Counted from the first letter of the stretch, positions 36,864 to 45,765 are shown. The stretch: DNA of 64,000 bases from Micavibrio sp. (GCA_002699085.1 PAAR01000004.1:14839-78838), one strand, 5' to 3'. Program-made: numbers and translations. Notes: generated by a model not told the origin, from the letters alone.

Positions 36864-39014
36864 ATGCCTGATAGTGCAAAAAATACAGAACCAAAAGTTG
36901 ATGCTTCTGCGCCTGATGTGAAGTCAGAGGCCGCAGGCAATGAGGCTGCGCCTGCTACAACAGAAAAAGCAGCTACATCAGCGGCGGTCAATCCAGCAGG
37001 TAAGAAATTGCGCTTGGGTAAAGCTGTTGATGTCTATATGGATAAGCCAATTAAGCGTTTTAAAAATGCTTACGTGCAATGTTTCCAAGCAAAAAATTTA
37101 GGGACTGGGTCAGATCTCATTGCTGTTTTTTGCGATCGCTATTTACCACCACGTTTCAACAAACTTTCACACTTTGAATCAATCCAGCATCCCAATCTGG
37201 TTAGCTTGGTGGAATCTGGTGTCGTTTTGTCACCACTGGATAATAAAGAATATTTTGTTCTGGCTTACGAGGACAATTTAGGTGCACCTCTCGTGGAAGA
37301 GGATATTGGCTGTGCATTGGGTATTAAGCCAGAAGACGCATACACATATATTCTTTTACCGATTATTGAAGTATTGAAAGATATGCGGAATAAGGATTTA
37401 TTCCATGGTACGATCCGCCCTTCTAATATTTTTCGTGGTACAACGCCTGGGTTAAAAAAGATCATTTTAGGCGATTGCATTTCGGTGCCGCCAGGGGTGG
37501 TTCAGGCTTCCATTTTTGAGCCAATTGAGCGTGCGCTGGCGCAACCAACAGGCAAAGGACCGGGTGTTTTGGTGGATGATCTATATGCACTCGGGGTAAC
37601 TATTGCTTTCTTGTTAAGGCCTAAAGATGTGCTGAAAGGCTTAAGTGAGAAAGAAATTATTATTCGTAAGATTGAGTTAGGCACATTTTCTACTGTATTG
37701 GGTGGCGCTAACATCAAAGGTAATCTCGTGGAGTTCTTGCGTGGTGTTTTACAAGATGATCCAAAACAGCGCTGGGATTTGGATGATGTAACGGCGTGGA
37801 TTGATGGTCAGCGTGGTAATATCACAAAGCAGCCAACAAAAGCGGTTAAAGCCAATAGGCCTATTTTAATTGATGGTAAAAAAATATCTTTTCCTGCCGT
37901 TTTGGCGATAGAGGGATTGGAAAAGCCAAATGAATTAGAGGCTTTGCTTGATAATAGAGAGTTGGGCCAATGGATAGAGCGGTCAATTGATGATAAAGCA
38001 ATGCAAAAAGGGATTGAACTGGCTCTTAAATCAACGAAACGTGCTGTCACAAGTAAAAGTAGTATGTATCAATCAAAAATGGTGTCTCGTCTGGCAATGG
38101 TTTTGCACCCTATTGCACCGTTGCGCTATAGAGAGTTTGCTGTATCACCATTAGGCGCAGGGATCGCTTTAGGAGATGCTTATCATGGTGATAAAGATGT
38201 TAGTGTCTATGATGAAATTATTCGTAATGATGAATTTATATTTTGGCTAACCAATAATGAAGGTGCGGCCTGGGACACTAATGCGATGATGTCTGTTTTC
38301 GCATCTTGTCGTGAGTTTGTCTCAACGACTGTGCCAGGCTACGGTTTAGAGCGCTGTCTGTATTACTTAAATGAAAATATTCCGTGTTTAAGTCCTATTT
38401 TAGACGGGTACTATGTGCGGACACCGGAAGAGCTCTTGATTGCACTGGATAAGATCGCCGCTAAGAAGAATAGGGCATATAAGCCATTCGATAGACATAT
38501 TTTGGCTTTTTTATTGGTTAAAGAGCGTAATTTGTTGGAAAACTCGCTTATTGATATCAATTCAAAAGCGTCTTGGCGACAAGTGTTTGGTATTTTGAAA
38601 GTATTTAGCACAATACAGCAGCTCGCAGGTATGGGGGAATTGCCAGGTCTGGCGAATTGGATGTTGGAAATTATGGAGCCAATATATAAAAGATATCACA
38701 ATAGAGAAACGCGTCTTGAGTTGAAAACAAGGTTGCATGAGAAATGCGGTGGTAGTTTAGAAAAAATGTTTAAATATATCGATAACAACGATGTTGTCGC
38801 TAATGATTCTAAACGATTCAAAGAAGCTTTACGTGATTATATTATGCTCGATAAAGAAAGAGATATCTACGAAAGAGGTTTGGAAAACCCTGGTACTGTA
38901 GGTGTGGAAAGGGGGCATCAGGCAGCGGCAGTTTTTTGCGTGATTATTGCGGTCTGTTTGATATTAGGTTTCGTTAGTGTTTCACTTGGCAATCATCAAT
39001 ATTTAGGGTTTTAA
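36864..39014 (+). CDS. tail-anchored protein-kinase-fold protein with degenerate catalytic motifs (predicted pseudokinase), 716 aa
   Basis: Hanks-fold order HPNLVSLVESG / FVLAYEDNLG / FHGTIRPSNIF (HRD replaced by HGT) / ILGDCIS / FEPIERA / DDLYALGVTIAFLL / DPKQRW. No VAIK-type Lys. C-terminal TM helix AAAVFCVIIAVCLILGFVSVSL. Confidence 0.6.
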   Translation: MPDSAKNTEPKVDASAPDVKSEAAGNEAAPATTEKAATSAAVNPAGKKLRLGKAVDVYMDKPIKRFKNAYVQCFQAKNLGTGSDLIAVFCDRYLPPRFNKLSHFESIQHPNLVSLVESGVVLSPLDNKEYFVLAYEDNLGAPLVEEDIGCALGIKPEDAYTYILLPIIEVLKDMRNKDLFHGTIRPSNIFRGTTPGLKKIILGDCISVPPGVVQASIFEPIERALAQPTGKGPGVLVDDLYALGVTIAFLLRPKDVLKGLSEKEIIIRKIELGTFSTVLGGANIKGNLVEFLRGVLQDDPKQRWDLDDVTAWIDGQRGNITKQPTKAVKANRPILIDGKKISFPAVLAIEGLEKPNELEALLDNRELGQWIERSIDDKAMQKGIELALKSTKRAVTSKSSMYQSKMVSRLAMVLHPIAPLRYREFAVSPLGAGIALGDAYHGDKDVSVYDEIIRNDEFIFWLTNNEGAAWDTNAMMSVFASCREFVSTTVPGYGLERCLYYLNENIPCLSPILDGYYVRTPEELLIALDKIAAKKNRAYKPFDRHILAFLLVKERNLLENSLIDINSKASWRQVFGILKVFSTIQQLAGMGELPGLANWMLEIMEPIYKRYHNRETRLELKTRLHEKCGGSLEKMFKYIDNNDVVANDSKRFKEALRDYIMLDKERDIYERGLENPGTVGVERGHQAAAVFCVIIAVCLILGFVSVSLGNHQYLGF

Positions 39015-39021
39015 ATAAGCT

Positions 39022-39582
39022 ATGGCTAAAAAAGTAAAAAAAGTAGCTGTTCCAAAGGCGGGGCGTAAAAAGAAAAAGTCAAAATTGGCTCTACAGTTCA
39101 TTTTTATTATCATTGTTTTTATTATTATGAGCTTATTGTTCTTGCCTACGACTTTTGTGGTGTTTTTTGGAATGATGCCAACATGGGCATTGTTTTCAAT
39201 GGATGGCTCCAAGAATAAGCTCAAAACAGTTGCTGTGGGAGCAATGAATTTAGCGGGTTGTACTTACGTGCTAACAGATTTGTGGGTAACGAGTCATACA
39301 TTGCCCTATGCGATTAGTTTGCTTTTAAAGCCGTCTAGTATGATTGCTATCTATTTGATGGCGATGGCTGGTTTCGTTCTGCAACGTGTTATTTTGGGTA
39401 TCGTTTCTTCAATGATGCTGCAGCAAGCACGGGCTAAAATAAAAATTATTTTGCGTCGTCAGGATGAGTTAAAAGCGAAATGGGGGCCAGAAGTGACAGG
39501 TACTATTCCGCTTGATATGGACGGTTTTCCCTTAAAGGATGTGCCCGATCAACCAGCGGTTGCATCAACACCAGCCGCTTAA
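39022..39582 (+). CDS. small polytopic membrane protein with a Lys-rich N-terminus (186 aa)
   Basis: MAKKVKKVAVPKAGRKKKKSK followed by about four hydrophobic helices. Starts 7 nt after the pseudokinase stop. Confidence 0.5.
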   Translation: MAKKVKKVAVPKAGRKKKKSKLALQFIFIIIVFIIMSLLFLPTTFVVFFGMMPTWALFSMDGSKNKLKTVAVGAMNLAGCTYVLTDLWVTSHTLPYAISLLLKPSSMIAIYLMAMAGFVLQRVILGIVSSMMLQQARAKIKIILRRQDELKAKWGPEVTGTIPLDMDGFPLKDVPDQPAVASTPAA

Positions 39583-40502
39583 AACTGAATGTCGAAATAA
39601 TAACGATAATTTGGATTTGTTGCAGAAGGCGGTATGAATTTAAACGGGATTAAGGCCCGACCTTGTTTCTTTAATTGGATAGCGATGATATTTTTTCCGT
39701 CTTGCGCAGTTACAGAAGCGTCACTTACAGCACTGCTTTTCTTGATTTGCTGCAACATGCTAGGTGAAACGGGTGCACCATTTGTTTCAATCGTTACAAG
39801 GTTCTCTTGGCTATCAAAAAGAGCTGTATTTTGCAATTTTTCTGAAGCATCAAAAACGACCCGCATAGAACTGTTAGAGACTGAGAGACGGATATCTTTT
39901 AGTGAACCAGATTTCGCAGGGGCAATCGTTTGAGGCTTGATATCAAGTGGTTTATTTTGTGCGGTATTCTCGACAGGTGTCTGCTCGGCATTTTGTTGAA
40001 CTGTCTGTGTTGATGCTGGGGCTTCTGTAAGAGTTTTTAATTGCGTGACAAGCTCGCCAATGTCTTTTTCAATATTGATGAGGCGGTTAAGAGAAGGACG
40101 CATTTCATCAAATTCATTACGGAAGTTTTGGACGGCATTTTCAAGTCGTGTAAAGCGCTCATTGTTATTGCTAATATCTTCAATGAATAGTGTTTTATTA
40201 TTGTCGCTACCTATTGCGCTAGCACTGTTATAATTGGCAGTTGCTTGTGGTTTTGGGAAGTCAGTTGAGGGTGTTGCAAGATCTTTTATATCATAGTCAG
40301 TTTCATTGCCAATAGTCGTTAATGTGCCACTGCGTGCTTGAGGACTCGTCTGTTTTACTTGTTTATTTTTACTAAACATAGTGGGCATAGAAAGCCCGCA
40401 GCCTGATAGCAGCATGCTATAGCTTAATAGTGCTCCTATAAAAGCAAGGCGGAGCCGCTTGGAAAGCAGCTTTTTGCTAGGCTTTTTGTCTGTTAAAACC
40501 AT
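39579..40502 (-). CDS. lipoprotein with a coiled-coil segment and a C-terminal AMIN-like domain (307 aa)
   Basis: Lipobox MLLSGC. FTRLENAVQNFRNEFDEMRPSLNRLINIEKDIGELVTQLKTL looks coiled-coil. SLKDIRLSVSNSSMRVVFDASEKLQNTALFDSQENLVTIE resembles AMIN. Confidence 0.45.
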   Translation of the reverse strand: MVLTDKKPSKKLLSKRLRLAFIGALLSYSMLLSGCGLSMPTMFSKNKQVKQTSPQARSGTLTTIGNETDYDIKDLATPSTDFPKPQATANYNSASAIGSDNNKTLFIEDISNNNERFTRLENAVQNFRNEFDEMRPSLNRLINIEKDIGELVTQLKTLTEAPASTQTVQQNAEQTPVENTAQNKPLDIKPQTIAPAKSGSLKDIRLSVSNSSMRVVFDASEKLQNTALFDSQENLVTIETNGAPVSPSMLQQIKKSSAVSDASVTAQDGKNIIAIQLKKQGRALIPFKFIPPSATNPNYRYYFDIQF

Positions 40503-40604
40503 GTATGTTTACGCTCTCAGAACCAAGATATAGATTAATCCTATATTATGGTAGTTGACCCGCCGACTCAGGTCAACAAAGCATGTGTTGTCTTATAACA
40601 AGAA

Positions 40605-41090
40605 TTAAAAATTAATAATAAGGTCGTAATCTGTGTCGTAATGGCCATTATTGTATATAGCACCTCCACTTAGTGAAGTTAGGCGGGCCATAACATTAAA
40701 GGTATCTGTTCCTGCGGCATTTGTTTGCAATGTATTAGGTCGTATGCGGATATTATCAATCGTAAAATCTGCGCCAGGTCCTGTAAGGACTGTGCTTGGT
40801 GCAAATGTGATTGTGTATGGTGAGTTTGCAGGTCCGCCAGTCAATGTAAACTCGCCTCTTGTGGGTGCGATGTAAATAATGGTGTTGGGGTTAGCTGTGT
40901 ATCCACCATTATTTTGGATATTAATACGGAGTGTCGTATTGAAGCTTTTAAAACCAAAAGTACCAAAACTGAGGTCTTGGGTCTGTGTAATGATGACCTG
41001 TGCTTGTGCGGATAAAGAAATTGTTATCGCAATAAAAATGCTTACAAAGACAAGAGCGATATTATTCTTTTTGCAGAACAATTTCATCAT
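40605..41090 (-). CDS. DUF4402-like fimbrial subunit (minor or second subunit)
   Basis: Start trimmed to MMKLFCKKNNIALVFVSIFIAITISLSAQA (signal peptide). LSFGTFGF motif just after the cleavage site and a C-terminal aromatic (…DLIINF). Overlaps the chaperone stop. Confidence 0.55.
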   Translation of the reverse strand: MMKLFCKKNNIALVFVSIFIAITISLSAQAQVIITQTQDLSFGTFGFKSFNTTLRINIQNNGGYTANPNTIIYIAPTRGEFTLTGGPANSPYTITFAPSTVLTGPGADFTIDNIRIRPNTLQTNAAGTDTFNVMARLTSLSGGAIYNNGHYDTDYDLIINF

Positions 41091-41871
41091 ACAAAGTTCC
41101 ATTATCTGTGTCTGTATAGCTAAGACGTAATTCACCTTTGCCTACAGGCATTTCATCTAGTGTAATAGTCCCTGTGCGCTCATTAATTTCATCAAATAAA
41201 TTGAAATTTGTCACAAAACCAATGTTTTTCCAGTCACCGCCTTGAGGGCGCCATGCTACGTCGATACGCCCCAATGTGCTGGCGCTACCAGATCTTACAG
41301 CTTTAAACGTAACTTCTGGCTTTTTACTCTTTGTTTCACTTGGCGTTTTGAGCAGAATGTCTTCAAGCTTACCTGAGGCAGATAACTCACCTTGCCTAAC
41401 GATAACGGGGATTGATATGCCTAGATTAATACCAAGTCCAACTGATACTTTACCGCTCTCAGTATCTGCTTTTTGAGGTTGTTTTTCTGCAATAGCTAAA
41501 AGGTGGAAGCGATATTCACCATCTGGCAAATCAGCGGGACGTCTCAAAGAAAGGCGAACCTTTTGCTTACCCATAGGCGGAAGAGTAAATGTTTTCGGTG
41601 ACATTCTGAGGACCTCAATCGGGTTAAATAACGGCGAGAGAGGCTCTTCTAAGGTAGTATAGGCGCCGACTGTATCTTGTTTGTAATTGATTGTTTTGAG
41701 TGTGTAGGTTTCTTCTTTGTCTGAAAGATTTAATACGGTTATTTCACCAGATCTCTCACGGTTTTCTATAACGACCATGCGCGGAATAATATCAACGCGT
41801 GCAAAGGCGGTGCTTGTTACAAAAAACGTTAACAATAAAATAAAAAAAGCTATTACATTCGAGCGCATCAT
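41062..41871 (-). CDS. periplasmic fimbrial chaperone (PapD-like Ig fold)
   Basis: Signal peptide MMRSNVIAFFILLLTFFVTSTAFA, then IIPRMVVIENRERSGEITVLNLSDKEETYTL and RMSPKTFTLPPMGKQKVRLSLRRPADLPDGEYRFHL, typical of chaperone strands. Start is ambiguous (GTG 41895, ATG 41880/41871/41868). Confidence 0.6.
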   Translation of the reverse strand: MMRSNVIAFFILLLTFFVTSTAFARVDIIPRMVVIENRERSGEITVLNLSDKEETYTLKTINYKQDTVGAYTTLEEPLSPLFNPIEVLRMSPKTFTLPPMGKQKVRLSLRRPADLPDGEYRFHLLAIAEKQPQKADTESGKVSVGLGINLGISIPVIVRQGELSASGKLEDILLKTPSETKSKKPEVTFKAVRSGSASTLGRIDVAWRPQGGDWKNIGFVTNFNLFDEINERTGTITLDEMPVGKGELRLSYTDTDNGTLYDEIVLQKE

Positions 41872-41901
41872 ATCCTCCATAGATCGTACACTCACTATAA
41901 C

Positions 41902-41933
41902 CGAAAAAAGCCCCGCTGCAAGAGCGGGGCTTT
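41902..41933 (-). terminator. intrinsic terminator between the major-subunit gene and the chaperone gene
   Basis: Minus strand reads AAAGCCCCGCT-cttgc-AGCGGGGCTTT followed by TTTTTCGG. Confidence 0.6.
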
Positions 41934-41964
41934 AACAATATATTTAAGAAAATGAAATTAATAA

Positions 41965-42531
41965 TTAGTAAGAAACAACTACGTCAACTGTACCAGCGAA
42001 CGTACCATCTGTTAGCTGTGTTGCTTGAACTGGTGTTGTTAGTGTCGCACCAATTTCATATGTATCTAAAGCTGTTGCTGTGTATGGGATCGGTGTACCA
42101 AGCGTTACTGCCGCACTACCTGCACCATTAATATCAACAGTAAACGCACTCATTGCCAACGTATCTGTACCATCTGTTGGGTTGATAAGGTTGTTCATTG
42201 TAAAGTTGATTGTTGCGCCTGTAACACCAGCAGCAGATACTTCAGCAGCTGTTGGTGAGCCAGAAGCTTGCGCTACTAGGGCAGGTGCACCACCTGTCGC
42301 AAATGAAATAGAGTCATCTGTTGCAATTGTTGCAGATGCAGAGTTTGCGTTGTCTGTTATGGCAATTAATGTACCAAAATCAAGTGGTGTCACTTGTGTT
42401 AACGTGATCGAGTTAGCAACATCAGCTGTAATGTTAACAGTTAATGTATCTGCTGCATCTGATGTCGTTGCAAACAAGGCAACCGTGGCTGCCGTTAATG
42501 TTAGGTATTTTAGTGTTTTTGTAAGTTTCAT
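41965..42531 (-). CDS. DUF4402-like major fimbrial subunit (188 aa)
   Basis: Signal peptide …ALFATTSDA. Ala/Thr/Gly-rich mature protein with LDFGTLIAI near the N-terminus and a …VDVVVSY C-terminus. Strong SD GAAGGAG 7 nt before the ATG. Followed by a terminator hairpin. Confidence 0.6.
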   Translation of the reverse strand: MKLTKTLKYLTLTAATVALFATTSDAADTLTVNITADVANSITLTQVTPLDFGTLIAITDNANSASATIATDDSISFATGGAPALVAQASGSPTAAEVSAAGVTGATINFTMNNLINPTDGTDTLAMSAFTVDINGAGSAAVTLGTPIPYTATALDTYEIGATLTTPVQATQLTDGTFAGTVDVVVSY

Positions 42532-42687
42532 TTTTTGGCTCCTTCAAAAAAGTCAGTTAGTGTGTTAAAAATTAATGTATAGTATCATAATTAAGAATAT
42601 CGCCAAATAGTTAATTGAATCTTAAAAAACATAATTTAAATAAAATTTTATTTAAACTTTTACAGAGGGATAGACATCGTAAAGCAG

Positions 42688-45600
42688 ATGAGGTTTTTCA
42701 AGAGAAATACATGCTTTCTAGTGTTGCTTTGTTTGAGTTTACAGGCTTGTCCAAACACTGCTTGGGCACAAGAAATAGCAGATTTAAGGTCTCTAGCTAG
42801 TAGTTTTGTGCAAAAACTATCACCTCAATATAAGGATCTTCAGGCACAAAAAGATGCTTTGGATCAAATTCCTGAGGGTTCGTCACTGCTATTGCGCCCT
42901 AGATCGGAAAAAGTCGTATTTGATGGTGAAATATATTCTTTCAAGCGTAATAACGCTATATATATGGCGTTAGAAGATTTTATTGAATTATTAGAGTTCA
43001 ATGTAGGTTTTGATAATAGTACATTAAAAGGGAGTGGCTGGTTTTTGCGCGAAGACTGGCATATTGATATTGATATTCCCCATAAAAAAGTTGTATCTCG
43101 TGGCGTTACTTACAATATTGATTCGGCGAATATTTTTGAAGAAGATGGTATTGTTTTTGTTAAAGACACAACGCTAGCCAAGTGGTTTGGGTTAAGCTTT
43201 GACTACGATATAGAGCAGCAGTTCATTGATATTGAGAGCGCATATCCGCTGCCGTCGGTTGCGCGTAATTTACGACAAACAAAAGGACCTGGCAGCATAT
43301 CAACGCTTAATGAGCCTGTTTTGCCTAGATTGGAACAGGAAAAGCAGCTGTTTGATTTAAATGTTGCTGATGTAAGTTTGGGTACATCAATGACGAAACA
43401 GTCATCAGGTGATGCACTTAACCGCCAATACGGAAATGTGACTGTAGAAGGTGAGCTCTTAAAACATAATGCCTATGTTTTTTCAGCGGCAGATAGCGAT
43501 AATAATTTATCCTCTGTTGTCGCTCGATTATCTAAAAGATCAGAAGATCCAGATTTATTGGGGCCTTTAAATGCTCGTTCATATGCTATTGGAGATATTG
43601 AACAAACTGATATGCCCTTAACAGGTAACACATCACAAGATTTAGGATTTCGGTTTGATAACAATCCGCTGGAGAACACTGATTTTGCTACGACAAATAT
43701 TGTCGGTGATGGCTTACCTGGTTGGGATGTCGAGCTTTACCGAGAAGGCATATTATTAGATACGCTGACGATAGATAATGATGGCCGTTATGAATTTAAT
43801 AATGTGCAATTATTCCTTGATGACAACACTTTTGAACTATTCTTTTATGGTCCTCAAGGTGAGATACGTAGTGAAGAGATTCAGGTGCCTGTAACAGCCG
43901 ATTTATTAAGAACACAGGATAAAACCTATGAGTTTTCTGTTTCTTTTGAGGATACTCAAACATTTGAAAACACGCTTACGCCAGATCAGGATCAAGGAGC
44001 TATGCATGTTGCAGGACGCTATAATAAACTTCTCGGTGATGAAACCTTAGGTTATGTCGGGTTTCGGTCACGTCAGGTAGGTGGCGAACGTAAAGATTTT
44101 TTAAGCTCAGGTATTTCGACAATTGTTGGGCAAACTATTCTGGATACCAACTTTGCTGTTGATGAAGATGCCAGTATTGCTGGAGAAGCTTTGCTGCGAC
44201 AAAATATTGATGACTGGAACTTATCTTTGCGTGCCAAAGCAAATTCAGATGGATTTGCACCTGATGACATCACTGACCCTCTTATCAGAGAATTTAACTT
44301 CAGTGCGTCAAAGCCTTTGGGTAAAGATGGGAATGGTATAAAAGGTAATGTATTGTTGAATGCATTACATCAAGAAACAGTAGCAGGTAGTATGCTTGAT
44401 TCCGTTGACGCTGGGTTCAGTCAGCAGTTTAACCGTACTAATCTGTCTCATCGACTTACCTATGAGAATAGCGATATTGTCGGCGGTGTTGATAATGAAG
44501 ATGTCGATTATACACTGTCTGCACGGCGTATTATAGGGCCAATGTTTACGAGATTTGGGGCAACATATAATATTACGCCAGATTCAGAATTAGAGAGCTT
44601 ATTTGGCCAAGTTAATTATCGTTACAATAGTAAATTTTCAACGGATGTTTCTTTGCAGCATCAATTAGATAATGAATTAACAACAGGGCGTTTAAACTTA
44701 AATTATATTGGTGATAAGATAAGAACATCCCCCTTTGTTGAGATGAATTCAGATGACCGTATATATGCAGGTGTAAACCTTAATTTCTCGTTGATTGATC
44801 CTGCATACGAAGATACACCCATTGTAACCAGTCGTAGACAAATTGGTCGAGGGTTGGTGTCAGCACATGTGTTCTTGGATAAGAATGGCAATCTTATTTT
44901 TGATGAAGGAGATGAACCTATTAAAAATGCAACCGTTGAAAGTGTTAATACACGCCGAAGTGACATTACAAATGCGCAGGGTTATACAACGTTAAAAGAG
45001 CTGACCACCACTCGTCCAACTGATATTCGTCTTGTTGCAGACACATTACCTGATCCGTTTATGATACCAGCCTTTGAGGGTCGCTCAATTTTTCCAGAAG
45101 CGGGTAGCATGATTAAGATGGAGTTCCCTGTTCATATGTCAGGAGAGCTTGATGGTGCAGTATATTATTTATCGGAGACAGGTAGTAAACAAACATCAAG
45201 CTATCATGGTATTACGCTAACTTCGCTAGATCATCCTGACCGTAAGGTGTTTGAAGCAAGATCAGAAACAGATGGATATTACTTGATGTATTTATTGCCT
45301 CCTGGTCGGTATCTTTTAAATACCGAACCTAAAAGCAGAGCGGGTAAATCATTAGGCAACACCACGCCTCAGATCGTTACGATTGGCTATGAAGGCACAA
45401 TCTTAAGTAATCAGGATATCCAAGTTACTGTAGGGCAGCCTTATATTCCTTATGAAATTCATTTTGCTGAAGGTGCAGCAAAATATGCCGATGCGCAGCA
45501 ATATACATTAAAAGTGAAGCGAAAAGGGGCGTCTAAATTATCTGAACTTATTAGTGGTCTGTTGAGTAAAAGGCTTAATAAATCAATGATTAAGGATTTA

Positions 45601-45765
45601 ACACGCATTGCTGATAAAAAGACAGAAGACGGTGTATATGAGCAATACACAGATAGTGATCTTCAAAAATTACATCATGCATGCGTAGAAATAAAACAGA
45701 CAGGCATTACGTGTGCTATTGAAGTTTTTGTACCTGCAGCAAATCAAGAAGTTGCGTTACGTTAA
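42688..45765 (+). CDS. fimbrial outer-membrane usher-like protein with extra C-terminal Ig/CarboxypepD_reg-like domains (1,025 aa)
   Basis: Signal peptide. GWDVELYREGILLDTLTIDNDGRYEFNNVQLFLDDNTFELFFYGPQGEIRSEE resembles the usher plug/middle-domain pattern. Long beta-rich middle part. VFLDKNGNLIFDEGDEPIKNATVES resembles a CarboxypepD_reg-like unit. Divergent from the subunit-chaperone operon. Confidence 0.5.
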   Translation: MRFFKRNTCFLVLLCLSLQACPNTAWAQEIADLRSLASSFVQKLSPQYKDLQAQKDALDQIPEGSSLLLRPRSEKVVFDGEIYSFKRNNAIYMALEDFIELLEFNVGFDNSTLKGSGWFLREDWHIDIDIPHKKVVSRGVTYNIDSANIFEEDGIVFVKDTTLAKWFGLSFDYDIEQQFIDIESAYPLPSVARNLRQTKGPGSISTLNEPVLPRLEQEKQLFDLNVADVSLGTSMTKQSSGDALNRQYGNVTVEGELLKHNAYVFSAADSDNNLSSVVARLSKRSEDPDLLGPLNARSYAIGDIEQTDMPLTGNTSQDLGFRFDNNPLENTDFATTNIVGDGLPGWDVELYREGILLDTLTIDNDGRYEFNNVQLFLDDNTFELFFYGPQGEIRSEEIQVPVTADLLRTQDKTYEFSVSFEDTQTFENTLTPDQDQGAMHVAGRYNKLLGDETLGYVGFRSRQVGGERKDFLSSGISTIVGQTILDTNFAVDEDASIAGEALLRQNIDDWNLSLRAKANSDGFAPDDITDPLIREFNFSASKPLGKDGNGIKGNVLLNALHQETVAGSMLDSVDAGFSQQFNRTNLSHRLTYENSDIVGGVDNEDVDYTLSARRIIGPMFTRFGATYNITPDSELESLFGQVNYRYNSKFSTDVSLQHQLDNELTTGRLNLNYIGDKIRTSPFVEMNSDDRIYAGVNLNFSLIDPAYEDTPIVTSRRQIGRGLVSAHVFLDKNGNLIFDEGDEPIKNATVESVNTRRSDITNAQGYTTLKELTTTRPTDIRLVADTLPDPFMIPAFEGRSIFPEAGSMIKMEFPVHMSGELDGAVYYLSETGSKQTSSYHGITLTSLDHPDRKVFEARSETDGYYLMYLLPPGRYLLNTEPKSRAGKSLGNTTPQIVTIGYEGTILSNQDIQVTVGQPYIPYEIHFAEGAAKYADAQQYTLKVKRKGASKLSELISGLLSKRLNKSMIKDLTRIADKKTEDGVYEQYTDSDLQKLHHACVEIKQTGITCAIEVFVPAANQEVALR

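Noticed and set aside
42615-42800. A 61-aa plus-strand ORF overlapping the start of the usher gene and the fimbrial intergenic region.
   Set aside because: It is out of frame with the usher, whose N-terminus is a good signal peptide. There is no SD and no recognisable product.
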